The notes beneath the pieces were generated by a model that worked only from the letters and a program-made list of their open reading frames with translations, was not told the DNA's origin and ran no database searches. A DNA stretch of 64,000 nucleotides, taken from NCBI GenBank assembly GCA_043228905.1, contig JBHGNT010000012.1, positions 14,074,001 through 14,138,000 of the forward strand, in the 5' to 3' direction. This DNA is from Azolla caroliniana (lineage: Eukaryota > Plantae > Polypodiophyta). Position 1 is the first letter of the stretch. Every line of letters begins with the position of its first letter. Of the stretch, positions 47,620-60,340 are shown in pieces. A program made the translations under genes and the position numbers.

Positions 47620-50600
47620 ATTAGAATTAGAATTAGAATTAGAATTTTTATCGTCCATAAAGAGGCCAATTTTGACCTATGGGACCAGAGTATACATGTG
47701 TTCTTGATATATGTCTCCTTCCTAAGAAGGGGTATTCATACGTTGAAGCACAAAGTCTCTTTGTGTTAGTAAAGCATACACATGAGCTCAACCTTCTAGG
47801 TGGTGTCTTAAGTATGGCACTTAAGTTATCACTCCCTCTTAGTATGTCAACATATCTTGAATGAATTGCACTATATGTCGAGCATGTGAAGAGCAACTGA
47901 CATTCATCCTCTACCATGCCTTCATTGCATACTTTACATGTCTTCAAATTCGTTACATTTTGATACCATGATGCAACTTCAATACCTAACTTGTGAGATC
48001 GAGTGCGAAGTAGTGTAAGGGCTCTACGAGCATTACTACTCATATTGGTAATGAGATAAGGTTGGATACGATCAATAGACATTCTTGCTTTATATTGAGA
48101 CCAACATTGAGGGTTGACATCTGTAATGTAGTATTCTAGCTTTGTCCTCTTAGCATCCTCCCACTTCATCCTTAATGATTCCACCAACCTTTCCTCAATC
48201 ATTACATACTGCATAACATTGCCCGAAAGCTCTAAAAGATCATCCACACCCCATCTTGTAAACCATTTCCTTTTGTCAACAACCCAACCAGATGAGAGAA
48301 TCTTACTTTTATGATTCTTTTGTAGCTTACATCCAACATTCCAAGCAAGATGTGGTAATCGATGATTCGGCATATTCTTGACTTTTGTAATGTATTTATA
48401 TACTCTTTGGAGTGCCAATAGTTCTATGGGCCAAACACCCGTTTCCAAGAGCATAACCTGGTAAGAGGTAGTGCATTTAACTCCTAATTGCCTCCTTAAA
48501 AACATCTTTTGAATTTTCTCATTCTCGTTCCATGCATTAAGAGAGATGGTGCCACCCCATACTTCTACTCCATAAAGCAATACTTGAGTTACCATGGCAT
48601 TGAACAACATTAGTTTTACTTCCCATCCACAAGTATCACTTTGGTTGCATTGGTTCTCCAAAAGGTAATATGATTTCCAACCGTCTTGGAGTCTAGAATC
48701 AAAGCATGCACTCCATTTATTTGTGGCGGGTACATCAATACCAAGGTATTTAAAGCTTTGAACAAATTGTATATGTTCACCTTTATATGTGAGCATAGGG
48801 TAATGATGAGGTTGGATGGTTTGCACTACCATCATTTTTGTTTTCTCCACATTCACTGCTAGTCCACTACTATGGCAAAATTCTTCTAATACCCTAAGTA
48901 AATGTTGCATACTATCAACATCATATGAGAAGAGTACCACATCATCTGTATATAGAAGCAATAAGATAACATGTTGCATCAAATTGGGGCCATTCAATCT
49001 TTCTTCTCTTGCAACCTTATTCACCACTTCTTTTAATTTATCAATGCATAAGCCAAAGAGTGTGGGTGATAGTGGACATCCTTGCTTGACCCCCATGTTA
49101 CTTAAGAAGTGCTTTGAGAATCCACTATCCATTTTTAGTTGGCATTTAACTTGTTCATATAGGCGTGCAACCGCAACTCGGTACGCTAATGGCATGTCAA
49201 TGTCTACCATTCTATTCCAAAGCTCACTTCATGGTACGGTATCAAAAGCTTTCTTGAAATCAACAAAACAACAATAAAGTGTTTTTCCTTGTAGTCAACT
49301 CTCTTCCATGATTACTCTTAATGTGACCAAATGATCCACGATGGAGTGTTTTGGTCTAAATCCGGCTTGCCCAAGTGCTCTTTTGCTTGTACTCTCAGCC
49401 CATGTGCTTATCTTTTGCTCTATAATAGTGCTATATAATTTAGCAATAGTTGAGCTCACCATTATTGTACGATAATTTGATACTTGATTCCTATCTCCGG
49501 CTTTAAATATTGGTTTAATCCAATTCATAAGCCAATCATTTGGAAATCCTTGTTTTATAGCTTGCTCTAAAATTGTCATTATCCAATGATGAGTGTATGG
49601 CATTGTCCATTTTAAAAGGTCACTTGAGACGTAGGTTGAATCTGCTTCTTTCCCACTTGCCATCTTCTTTATTCCCTTATTGACATCATCAATATCGATA
49701 CATGTAGTGCATGGAGTTTCAATTTTCTCAACCATAGGAGCCACATCTTCATGCATATATAACTTTTGTACATAGTCTAGCATCTCTTCATTTGTAAAGT
49801 GACCTTTCACATCTTCTTTCTTACCCTTGAGTTGTCCCCATGCTAATTTTGGTTTGAGCTTAAACAAATTTTTCTTTTTCATCTCTTGCATTTGGAAATA
49901 TCTTCTTTTCTTTCTCCTCACTACTTTCTTGTATATGTGCCATGCAACAATCTTTTCATTCCCAACCATTTGAGATACATCTTACATTCATCGTCGAACC
50001 AAGAATTACATGGAAAACTACACACCTTATACCCACTCACATGTCTCTTAAAGCATTGATATCCAACCTTAAGGATTATATCCTTCAAATGTTGCCAATT
50101 TTCTTTAACATCGTTGCTTAGAGAAAAATTTAACAAATGGTTCTCCATTTCCTTTGCATACATCTTAGCTTTTTCGTAGCAAGGTCGGATGACACATCTC
50201 TTTTTGTCTTTCACTCCAGGGAATCTAGTGGAATGTGGAATTGCAAGCTCTAAGTACAATGGCTTGTGGTCTGAGTCCGGAGATAGAGAACAAACTTTAA
50301 ACACATTCACCAATGATAGATCACATGCCTGGCCCAACATTAATGGATAATCAACCACACTTCCTCCACCTGAGGATGGTAAACATGTGAGCACATTTGT
50401 TAATGGGAATGCCTTTATACCATTTAGGATAATCAAGTTTGTGCAATTTAGCATATGTATCAAAAGTTTTCCATAATCTGACATGACACAATCCTCGGAG
50501 TCATGCACTAGACAATGTTCTACTACATTTTCTTCAAATGTCTCCACATTTTGGAAATTTCCAACTCTTGCATTGAAGTCTCCTATAATTAAAACTTTAC

Positions 50601-50950
50601 CAAGCTTCTCAAACGAAAGTATATCATGGCATAATTTTGTAAAAGGATCATCACAATCTAACCCAAACCTACTATAGTAGTTTGAGTCTTTGTGAGGAAT
50701 GTAACATGCAACTATATACAACTTCTCTTTCCCCAAATTAACCTCTATCCATATGTATCTCTTATAGTCATCATATTTGCATACTTTGATAGAATTATCT
50801 AAGCTCTCATGGTAGATACATGCTATTTGGGCACGCCCAATATTCCCTTTGGAGTGAGGCCATATCGATTTTATGAGGTAACCGTCTATTTTAGGTATAT
50901 GTTTTGCCTCATGCTCCCATGTTTCAGCCAAAAATATAATATCCATACCT
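47620..50950 (-). mobile_element. RTEX-like non-LTR retrotransposon (APE, RT, C-terminal Cys/His motif), frameshifted, with (TTCTAA)n tail
   Basis: DIIFLAETW, GDFNARVG, VVDY and SDHKPL; QAGFRP, GVKQGCPLSPTLFGL, LLYTDD and FKYLG; SHKLGIE...CKVC...VEDEC. Tail AATTAG x4 at 47619-47647. Confidence 0.85.
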
Positions 50951-53900
50951 TGAGCTAGATCATTGAGTCCTAAACCCTTATTCCGTAACTCGGGATACTT
51001 GGTTCTACAGGTGTGTAGGTATAATTGAGCAAAACTTGCCAGAACCCTAACTCGGGATACTCTGTTCTGTAGAGTCATTGTAATCTGCTCCTTCTCTTGT
51101 ATTCTCTGTATATAGTCGAAGTTTTTTCGCCCCATGGTTTTCCCCTGTTTAGGATTTCCATGTATAATCTGTGTACTGTATATTGTGTACTCTCTGTGTA
51201 TTTTGTTGTTTTATGTTTTGTATATTTTTTGTCTATCTTTCTTGTCGATCTACGGTCTATTTCCCAACAAACTGGTATCAGAGGTTGAGGTGCAAGAATG
51301 GAAGGAGGTGTGAGCGGTTTCCTAGGAATGATAGTCCTGAACTTACACAATGAAGAGAAAGTCTTAGGCCAGATCCAAGTCCAAAGGAAAGCTCACATGT
51401 TTTTATTGTGGAAAACCTAGACACTTCCAAAATGATTGTTGACACCTTAAGAAAGACAAAGGTACTTCAAACGATGTCGAACCCAGAAAGAGTCCTGAGG
51501 AGAAGGGAACTTCTGTCGTGGTTACAAGAGAAGAAGAGCTTTTGCTCATTTGCGAGCAAGAGAGTGAAAATCTTGCAAATGAAGAGTGTACCTAGGTGAT
51601 CGACTCCGGTGCATCGTTCCATATAACTCCCTCGAGAGAGTGTTTCTTGTTTTACACAGCCGGTTACTATGGCTATGTAAAGATGGGAGATAATGGAGAA
51701 TTCAAGATAGTCGGTATAGGAAGTGTATGCTTGACAACGTCGATCGGTTGTCGCCTGACCCTGAGGGATGCTCAACATGTATAAGATATTAGGCTGAATC
51801 TGATATCGAATGGAAGAATGGACGATGAAGGCTATAGTGGTAGTTTTCGAAACGACAAATGGAAGTTTTGTAGGGGAAATCTTATAGTGGCCCGAGCACT
51901 GAACAAGGCACCTTGTATATGATGCATGCCAAGATGTGCAAGGACGAAGAAAATGTGGCAGCTGACTCGAGTGGAGAGATATGGCACAAGAGGCTCAACC
52001 ACATGAGCGAGAGAGACATGCATATCCTAGCTGATGAGAAATTTCTTCCAGAAGTAAAAGGAGTGCACTTGGAGAGTTGTGTCAACTGCTTGGTTGGAAA
52101 GAAAAATAGAGACGCGTTCCACTCAAGACCACCAAAGAGAAGAGAACTTGCACTGGAACTAGTACACACAGATGTGCTACATGGATGCTCCATCGCATCG
52201 TGGAGGACAATACTTCTTAACGTTCATTGATGACTACAATAAAAAGTTGTGGGCTTTTGTATTAAAGTCGAAGGATCAAGTGCTGTCGTTTTTCAAAGAG
52301 TTCCAGGCCAGAGCTGAGAGAGTCAGGTCGAAAGCTGAAGGCTATCCGAACCGACAATGGTGGCAAGTACAGAGGACAGTTCGAATAGTATTGCAAGTCC
52401 CAAGGTATTCGACTCAAATATACAGTGCCTAAGATCCCTAAGCTGAATGGGCTTGATCCGTCTAAGAAACTGTAGACTTCATGGCCGGCGACGGCATCCA
52501 AAACTCCATCCGTAAACGAGAGGATGAATCGAACTATCATGGAAAGAGTGAGGAGCATGTTGTAACATGCAAAACTGCCGAAATAGTATTGGGCTGAGGC
52601 AATGTACACGACTATTTATTTGATCAACAGGTCTCCCTCAATGCCCCTAAAAGGTGATGCCCCACAAAGGTTGTGGACAGGTAAAGATGTCTCCTACCAG
52701 CATTTGAAGGTGTTTGGATGTCTAACATATATGCATGTGTCAAAGGATCAGAGGTCAAAGCTCGACAACAAGTCAAAACCATGCATATTCCTAGGGTACT
52801 CGGAGGATGAATTCAACTACATGCTATGGGACTTAATAAAAAAGAAGGTGGTGAGGATTTGGGACATCGTGTTCTTGGAAGAAAAGATAATTGAGGACTA
52901 GAAATAGTAGAAGTCGAAACCGGCTTCCCAGTCGACTCCCACTACTATCGACTCAGGACTAGTCGACTCTACACAGTCTGCTAGTAGGAGACAACCAGTC
53001 GGCACAGCCAAATCGGAATTAGCCGACTCGGAGCAACCGACTAATATGTATGAGTCGGAGTCGACCAACTTCTAGAAGTCAATTGAGGCATAGGAGTCGG
53101 AGTCGGTCGATCTTCAACAACCGATCGACATGTATAAACATGAGCTGAGTGAATAGTTGGCAGAGACATCCGAACCTGAGCTGACAATGGGAGGTGGAAG
53201 ATATATGCTCAAGAAAAGGAGAGCACCCCCATGATACACCAATCAATATGTTTTATTGACCGATGAAGATGAGCCAGAATGTTAGGAGGAGGCCATGCAA
53301 GACGAGTGCAAAGAGAAATGGTAGAGTGCAATGCAAGATGAGATAGACTCCTTGCACTAGAACTATACTTAAGAATTGGTGGAACTACTAAAAGGTAAGA
53401 GAGCCCTGAGAAATAAATGGGTCTTCAGGATGAAAAATGGGGACGATGGTAGCTCACCCAAATACAAGGCCTGGATCATTGTAAAGGGGTTTCAACAGAA
53501 GAAAGGGGTTGATTTTGATGAGATCTTCGCACCAGTCGTAAAGATGACATCCATTCGAATAGTGCTAGGTATTGCCACCAGCATGAATTTGGAGATAGAG
53601 CAATTGGATGTCAAGACAACCTTCTTGCATGGGGAATTAGACGAAGAGATCTATATGTAGCAGCTCAAAGGTTTTGTGAAGAAAGGATTTAAAGAGAATC
53701 TAGAAAAGCTTGTATGGCTTGAAACAAGCTCCATGCCAATGGTACAAGAAGTTCGAATCCTTTATGTTGGAACATGGATTCCATTAGCAATGGGCATGGT
53801 TTCGGCTCAAACCGAACCGAACCATTAAACTATGGCTTACCGGTTTATCGGTTCAAATATAAATAAACAGTTTGGTTTGGTTTAAAAAGTTTTAGGTCGG

Positions 53901-55209
53901 TTTGGTTTTAAACTTGATGGTTTATCGGTTTATGCGGTTTATCGGTTCCTTATATATGTGGTTCGGTTTATAGGTTTATAGGTTCATACATACCGCTAGC
54001 CCTTGGGCCCTAATTTTTCACACTAGTCTCTAAGTTCCCACTTTCTAGTGCTCACTTTCAACTTTTAATTTTAAAAATTAAACCTCATCCCTCTGTCACG
54101 ACTCACTGAATCATCTGTGCAAGAAGTTCGAAAAGGAAGTGCCCTATGCAGGCGGCAATAGGCTACACCAACTTCATCCCTCTTCCTATCATTCTATCTT
54201 CCTCACGTATCATACCTCCATACTCCACTCCACTTTTCTACCTCAACCTCTTACTGTTGCTACTATAACACAGATATGGATCGAACACCCTCTCTCTCAC
54301 ACATAGGTGTTGTATTTTGGTAATATTCAAGAATATTATTATTGACGGAGGAAACAATGTATTTAAATGATTTCCTTATGATATACAGGGATGGATGTAT
54401 ATTCTGTACTCAATACTGCCTGAGATACACTCTGATTTATTAGCTTTTCGTAAGCTTGTGTGTACATATCCATGATGTGATCCTTTACTCTTTTTGAAGG
54501 ACCACTTGCTTCTAGAAAGATTCCCAAGGTAAACTTGATATAGATGAGGATGTATCATCTATTTCAGATGTATGTGAGCTATAGAGATGTGTAAAGATAA
54601 TGTCTTTGCTATTTGTTTTCCTACTATATATCGTTGAATTAACTATTAGAAGATATAATCTAATAATGATTGAAGTCTGACTTGTTTGGTTGTGTTACAA
54701 GTTACAACTTAAATGGATATGTTCATCCATTTGTTTTATGCTTCTTTCTTCAAGCTTTGCTACTATAACCGCTAATAGTGATGCCGATATCTTTCTTGTT
54801 AATTCTTGTATAGTATGTAAATAATTTAACAAAAACCCATATAATGGAGATTCTAGAAAATTCAAAGATAACCAAGCTCAATTACACGGCTTTTTAGTGA
54901 AACCTGCGCAATTACACAACTTTTTAGTGAAACCTACTTGGGCTATGTTTTTTGTTATCATTTGGGAATTAGCGGGGCCATTGCTTCCAACAAACAATAT
55001 TTAGGAACATTTTACCACATGCTTGGTAAGTAGGCTCAATCTTTTGATGCATGATGACCTTCATGTGCTGATTAAACCAGGAAATTCTATGGGTGAGTTT
55101 TTAGTAATCTAATTCAATTCTATATAACATTTTATAGCAAAGAAGAAACTATATGTGCTATTTGAGTGATTGATATGAGCTGATTGAGTTTTATAGGAAC
55201 AACATTAAA

Positions 55210-57943
55210 TGGAATCATCATCTCAAACTCATGCAACAATGGAGTCATCTTCAGTTAATGTTAGCCATGGTCCAACAACTACAAGCAGGTGAAGAAAAAG
55301 GCAACACACATCATGGACAGATGCTCACATTTAATATATTATATGGATAATTGCACACCTCGACGATGATGCTATCATTGTGCTATTTGTTGGTCTTCTA
55401 CAACCTCCACAGGTACTATAGCAAAGCATTTGGCAGAAAAGCATCGTCTATCCGACGATTCAGTCTGCTAAAGTATCTCATGTTTTAGAGAATAAAGCTG
55501 ATGGTGCCATCACAAAGTATATTGTGAAGGGAATATTGCCCCATGCACATATGGAGTCACTTGAATTTAAGGAGTTCATACATCAAATTGTGCCTGGATA
55601 TCAAGCGAAGACAAGGTGCATGATTAAACATTCCATCTTAGAAATGTATGTGGTGTTGCGCTATCAGGTGATAGATTTGCTATCTAAATGCGAATCAAGA
55701 TTTTCCATAACTTTTGATTGCTGGTCAAATAGTAGTCTAAAGGGCTTCTACTCGATGACACTTCATTCGGCATGTCTTGAGACAGCAGGGTCGAGGTCAA
55801 TGTTATTGGATTTTGTGCATGTATTTCCAAGTGTAGGATCAGGGAAACGTTGTGCACATGCCCTCTTTCGTCGACTTCAATGCTTTAATATTTCTAGTTG
55901 ATTATTAGCTACAATTTTTGATGGAGCTAGTGATGCACAAGCGGTTGCAAAGGAGTTGAGCACGTTGTTACAAAATGAACACGGTGCCGTAGTGTATTTC
56001 GAACACTACGTGAAAAAGTAAAAATAATATAACCGATTTAATTACATATAAATAAATAAAATAAGAATATCAAGATATTTATCACATGCATAGGGCAAGA
56101 TTTGAACCTTGTACCTCCACGTAGCCAAATCTCAACTTTACCATTACGCTACCTTATCTTTAGTGTTCTATAAATAGATTTAATAACTATAAGTGCTTTA
56201 TTTGCACCTACCTTTATTAAAAGGTAAATCGTGCATTTTTAGAGTGCGTGAATATTTTATAGAAAAACGCAAGCAACTAAAAAGTGACTCATGCACATCT
56301 AGCGTGCATGAGCACTATATTTAGCAAATAAAAGCAAGGATTAGAAAAGCATCACATGCACATTTAGTGTGCATGAACATATTAGAAAAAGCATGTAGTT
56401 ATGCTTAGTCTCTCCCATCACTACATAAGGATGGGGAGCACAATGTAATAGGTGTGTGAAATATTTGGAAATTGGATATATTTCCGAAAACACCAACCGA
56501 TTAATATAATCGTGGGATTCACGAAAATAATATAATCTATACTTGTGGGATTCACAAGTTTCTTATATCTTTCTTTCAATCTAAATACATATTCTTATCT
56601 AAATATTGATTAATCGAATACAATACACTCGTGGGATTCACGAAATTTCTATCTCTCTTTCTAATAATCTATTCATTACTAGCCTCATCTCATATTCTTC
56701 TTTCTCCTAGTCCAAAACCTCGGCGGTTCCCACCCGACTCACGCAACGATCCGGAGCCGAAAGGCACGACAACGGTAAGGAAATTTTGGCTCCGTCACAT
56801 ATGTTACAGTGTATGGTACATTCTTTTCAATTGGGCATCAAGTCAACATTAGAGGTTATCTCACCCTCAACAGAAAAGTTGAGAACAGTTCTCTATACTA
56901 TAAGATCTAGTAAGGTTCAAAGGGAAGTATTTAGGAAGTATGCTAGGCTAGTTGAACATCGTGAAAGAGAACCCCCAAGGCTTGATGTTGTTACAAGATG
57001 GAATTCTACCTTGGGAATGTTTAGGCAAGCTATCAAGGATAGAGATGTATTGACTTTAATAGTTTCAGATTTAACAATATCAAGTGATTTCAATGGTTAT
57101 GTCTTGACCGGAGAAGATTGGAGTCATATACATGCCATGGAGGAATGGCTAGATACACATGTAGAGGTTTCTACTTTTCTAGGAGGGTCAAGATATCCCA
57201 CATTATCGCTAGCATATAATTGTTTACTAAATTATTGTAATCAAATTTTTGATTCTTCACTTCCAACATCATCTAGATTCACACAAGAGGTGCTTCAAAG
57301 TGCGTCTGAGAATTGCTTAAAATATTTATTAAGTATCAAGAATCATTAAAGTCTATTCCATCTCGCATAGCAATGTTTCTTGATCCCAGGTAATGCTTAC
57401 CTTTATGTCTTACAATTGTCATCATGCTTGCTAATCTTTTATTTGGGTTTTAATTATTTTTATTCGTTACATAGATTGCCTCTTCCAAATGATCATATAG
57501 AAAGAGAGTTAGATATTAAGTTGGTTGAAAGCATGATTACATCCCATTACCACTTGTTCTTGAGTGATATCGAACCATCGTTGGCTTCAACCACAATACC
57601 TCCAAACAATAATAACTCTAAAATTTGGAGATTAATGGGTGTAAATAATAAAAGTCTTGTTTCTGATTCACGATAAGAAATTGAGCACTTTATAAGACTT
57701 CCTTCAGCTGGCACAGACAAGGATCCATTACAATGGTGGAATGATAATAAATCTGCAATGCCACAACTATATAGGATGGCATGTGATTACCTCATTGTAC
57801 CGGCATCAACAATACCTGCGGAAGAGGCTAATTCAGCAGCAAAAGTGACCTTTGATAATAGGATCAAACTCCATTCATGCACATTCAAAGCTAAAATGTG
57901 TATTCGATCATGGATGTATGTTTTAAAAGAATCTAATGTTTAG
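55210..57943 (+). pseudogene. hAT transposase (BED finger, DDE, dimerisation domain)
   Basis: FSITFDCWSN, HMLQCMVHSFQL, LDVVTRWNST, YPTLS, DPLQWW...PQLYRMACDYLIVPASTIPAEEANS. Many stops. Confidence 0.88.
55985..56771 (+). mobile_element. Solo LTR of the gag-only element family (34438-37935)
   Basis: High similarity to the 722-bp LTRs with a divergent central-3' segment. 4-bp TSD ACGG (55981-55984 / 56772-56775). Confidence 0.92.
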
Positions 57944-59519
57944 TTGACAGATAATTTTCACACTACTTATGAAGAACTAATAATGAATTTGGATGATCTT
58001 GTTGGTGAAGATGAGGTAATAGATTACATCTTACATGATAGTCAAAGGAAAATTAAGGTGTGCATACTTTTTACTTGGTTGTTTTTTATTTGAGACTTTA
58101 CTTGTTATTTTTATTACTAATTACTTACATGTTTTATGTATTTTATATATACAGGAATCATGTTGATTCTTCACAAGTTAATGACTTGACTATGGTGGTT
58201 GCAGTTGGAGATCCTCAAAGTCAATATAATTTTTACTACATACTTTTTACTATTTTGTTTTCTATTTGATTCTTTATAAATTTTTTATTGTTAATTACTT
58301 AATTCTTTTACATATTTTATACTTTGAGGAATCCCTAATTCAAACTTAAAGAAAAGATTGGAAATGAGAAAATGAACATTCATTTACATATATGGATTTG
58401 GAAAATGCTTCATTTGAAGTATAAAATCTATTATATGGATTGTTATTCTTTAGTTACATATTTGGATTTAAAGTTTGAACTCTACTATATGGATTTTATT
58501 ATCATTCCAAACAACATTTATCTTTTTATGTTATATCTTATCATTTTCTAAAAATTAGTAATTCTCAGAAAATGGGGTGTGAATTTCTGTTTATTTTATG
58601 ATATTTATTATTCTAGAGTATTTGGTTTGGTTCAATTTGTAGATCCGTTTTTGTTGGATTATGTCAAAACAGTTTGGTTTGGTTTGGTTTTGTTGTATGA
58701 AAAACTAGTTTGGTTTTGATTTTTGCTAAACCGGTTTCGGTTTGGTTCTAAATTTTTTGTAAACGGTTTGGTTTCACCTACATTTTAAGTGGTTTGGTTT
58801 AAACAGTTTAGCTCTAAACGGTTTGGTTTAAATGGCTTCAAAAATTTTAAATGGTTTGGTTTGGTTTTTATTATGAATAGTTGGTTTGGTTTCAAGGTCA
58901 AGAAACCGAACCGTGCCCATTGCTAGATTCCATAAAACACAAGTTGATTATTGTGTGTTTGTCAAAAGGTATGATGAAGGCAACTTCTAGATTCTCTTGC
59001 TATATGTTGATGACATGTTAGTGGTCGAACAAGACACCAAGAAGATAATGAGCTTGAAGAAAGCACTAGGCAAGTCGTTTGCCACGAAAGATCTTGGGCC
59101 GGCAAGGCAAATTTTGGGGATGCACATAGTTCATGACAGAACTAAGAATGTGCTATGGTTGTCACAGGGTGAAAGCATGCGAGTGGAAACAATTAGCTAT
59201 GTCCTTGACATAGCTAATTAGCTATGCAAAAAGCTACCATTGATAAATAGTCATTTTAGTAAAAAGCCATCATTAATAAATTAACTATGCAAAAAACTAC
59301 CATTGAAAATACTAGAGTGTTTTAATTACATATGTAAATGAGTGCCATAAATGTGCAACATAAATTGATATGTGCACCATAAATGTGTACCATAAATTAT
59401 ATATCGAATTCCTAGGTCCATTATGCATGATCCTTTGCCACATCACGTAGGCCATCTCTAGTTGAGTATTGTGGGTTAGTTGCTACCACTGTTGCTAAAC
59501 CTTATCGAGTCCACCTACC

Positions 59520-60040
59520 GCCACTCTACACTCATGGGCCGCTACTATGCGTTCCAAGCATCATTAAAGAGCTGTTCAATCTGACGAGGTTCTCTTCTTT
59601 GTGCCACTCTACACTCAAGGGCCGCTATTGTGTGTTCCAAGCATCATTGGTAACTGTTCAATCTGATGGGGTTCTCTTCTCTGTGCCACTCTACACTTAG
59701 GGGCTGCTACTGTGCGTTCCAAGCATCATCGGTAACTGTTCAATCTGACGGGGTTCTCTTCTCTGTGCTACTCTACACTCAGGGGCCGCTATTGTGCGTT
59801 CCAAGCATCATCGGTAATTGTTCAATCTGACGGGGTTCTCTTCTCTGTGCCACTCTACACTCAAGGGCCGCTACTGTGAAGGTCGTGTATTGTTGCCACT
59901 TTTCGACCCGACGACGTTAACAACTCCATTGCCGCCATTCTACTCTCAGGTGCCTTCTCTGTGCTTTCCAAGCATCATCGGTAATTGTTCAATCTGACAG
60001 GGTTCTCTCCTCCATTTCCATCATTCTACACTCAGTTGCC
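59520..60040. repeat. ~82-bp tandem repeat, 5-6 copies
   Basis: GCCACTCTACACTC...CCAAGCATCAT...TGTTCAATCTGACGGGGTTCTCTTCTCTGT starting at ~59520, 59603, 59685, 59767 and 59849. Confidence 0.9.
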
Positions 60041-60340
60041 GCTACTGTCCAGTCCTGGATTGCTTCCACATTTCGATTTGACGGAGTTCACTCATCCAAC
60101 GACAACATCTACACTCAGTTGTCGCCATTGGTCGGTCTTGGATCGCCTCCTCAACTGTTCGATCCAACGGAGTGAACTCCTCTACTGTTTGGTCTTGGAT
60201 TGCAATAACTTTTCTGTCTATTGATTATCTTGTGTATTGTTGTGTCTAATCTTGTGTATTGTGGAATATTTTTGTGTATTGTTGTTGCCCATAGCCATCT
60301 TAAATACTTGTTTTTTTTTTTGGAAATTTAGGGTTTTAAT

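Larger units (their letters stand above)
53785..58925 (+). mobile_element. hAT DNA transposon, full length, decayed transposase
   Basis: 15-bp TIR TAGCAATGGGCA(T/C)GG and 8-bp TSD GATTCCAT (53777-53784 / 58926-58933). Subterminal GGTTT/AAACC repeats. Confidence 0.95.
47292..59166 (+). mobile_element. Ty1/copia element 3 (same family as element 1), gag largely deleted, interrupted by RTEX-like, hAT and Sola2-like elements
   Basis: 5' LTR 47292-51269, split by the LINE. PBS TGGTATCAGAG 51273-51283. IDSGASFHIT, WHKRLNHM, ELVHTDV and YFLTFIDDY. RT KGFQQKKGVDFDEIFAPV and QLDVKTTFLHG; resumes at 58934 with LYVDDML and KDLGPARQILG. Confidence 0.88.

Noticed and set aside
50950-51135. N-terminal extension of the 404-aa LINE endonuclease ORF
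   Set aside because: This part is antisense copia LTR sequence read through by chance; LINE homology starts at about MDIIFLAETW.
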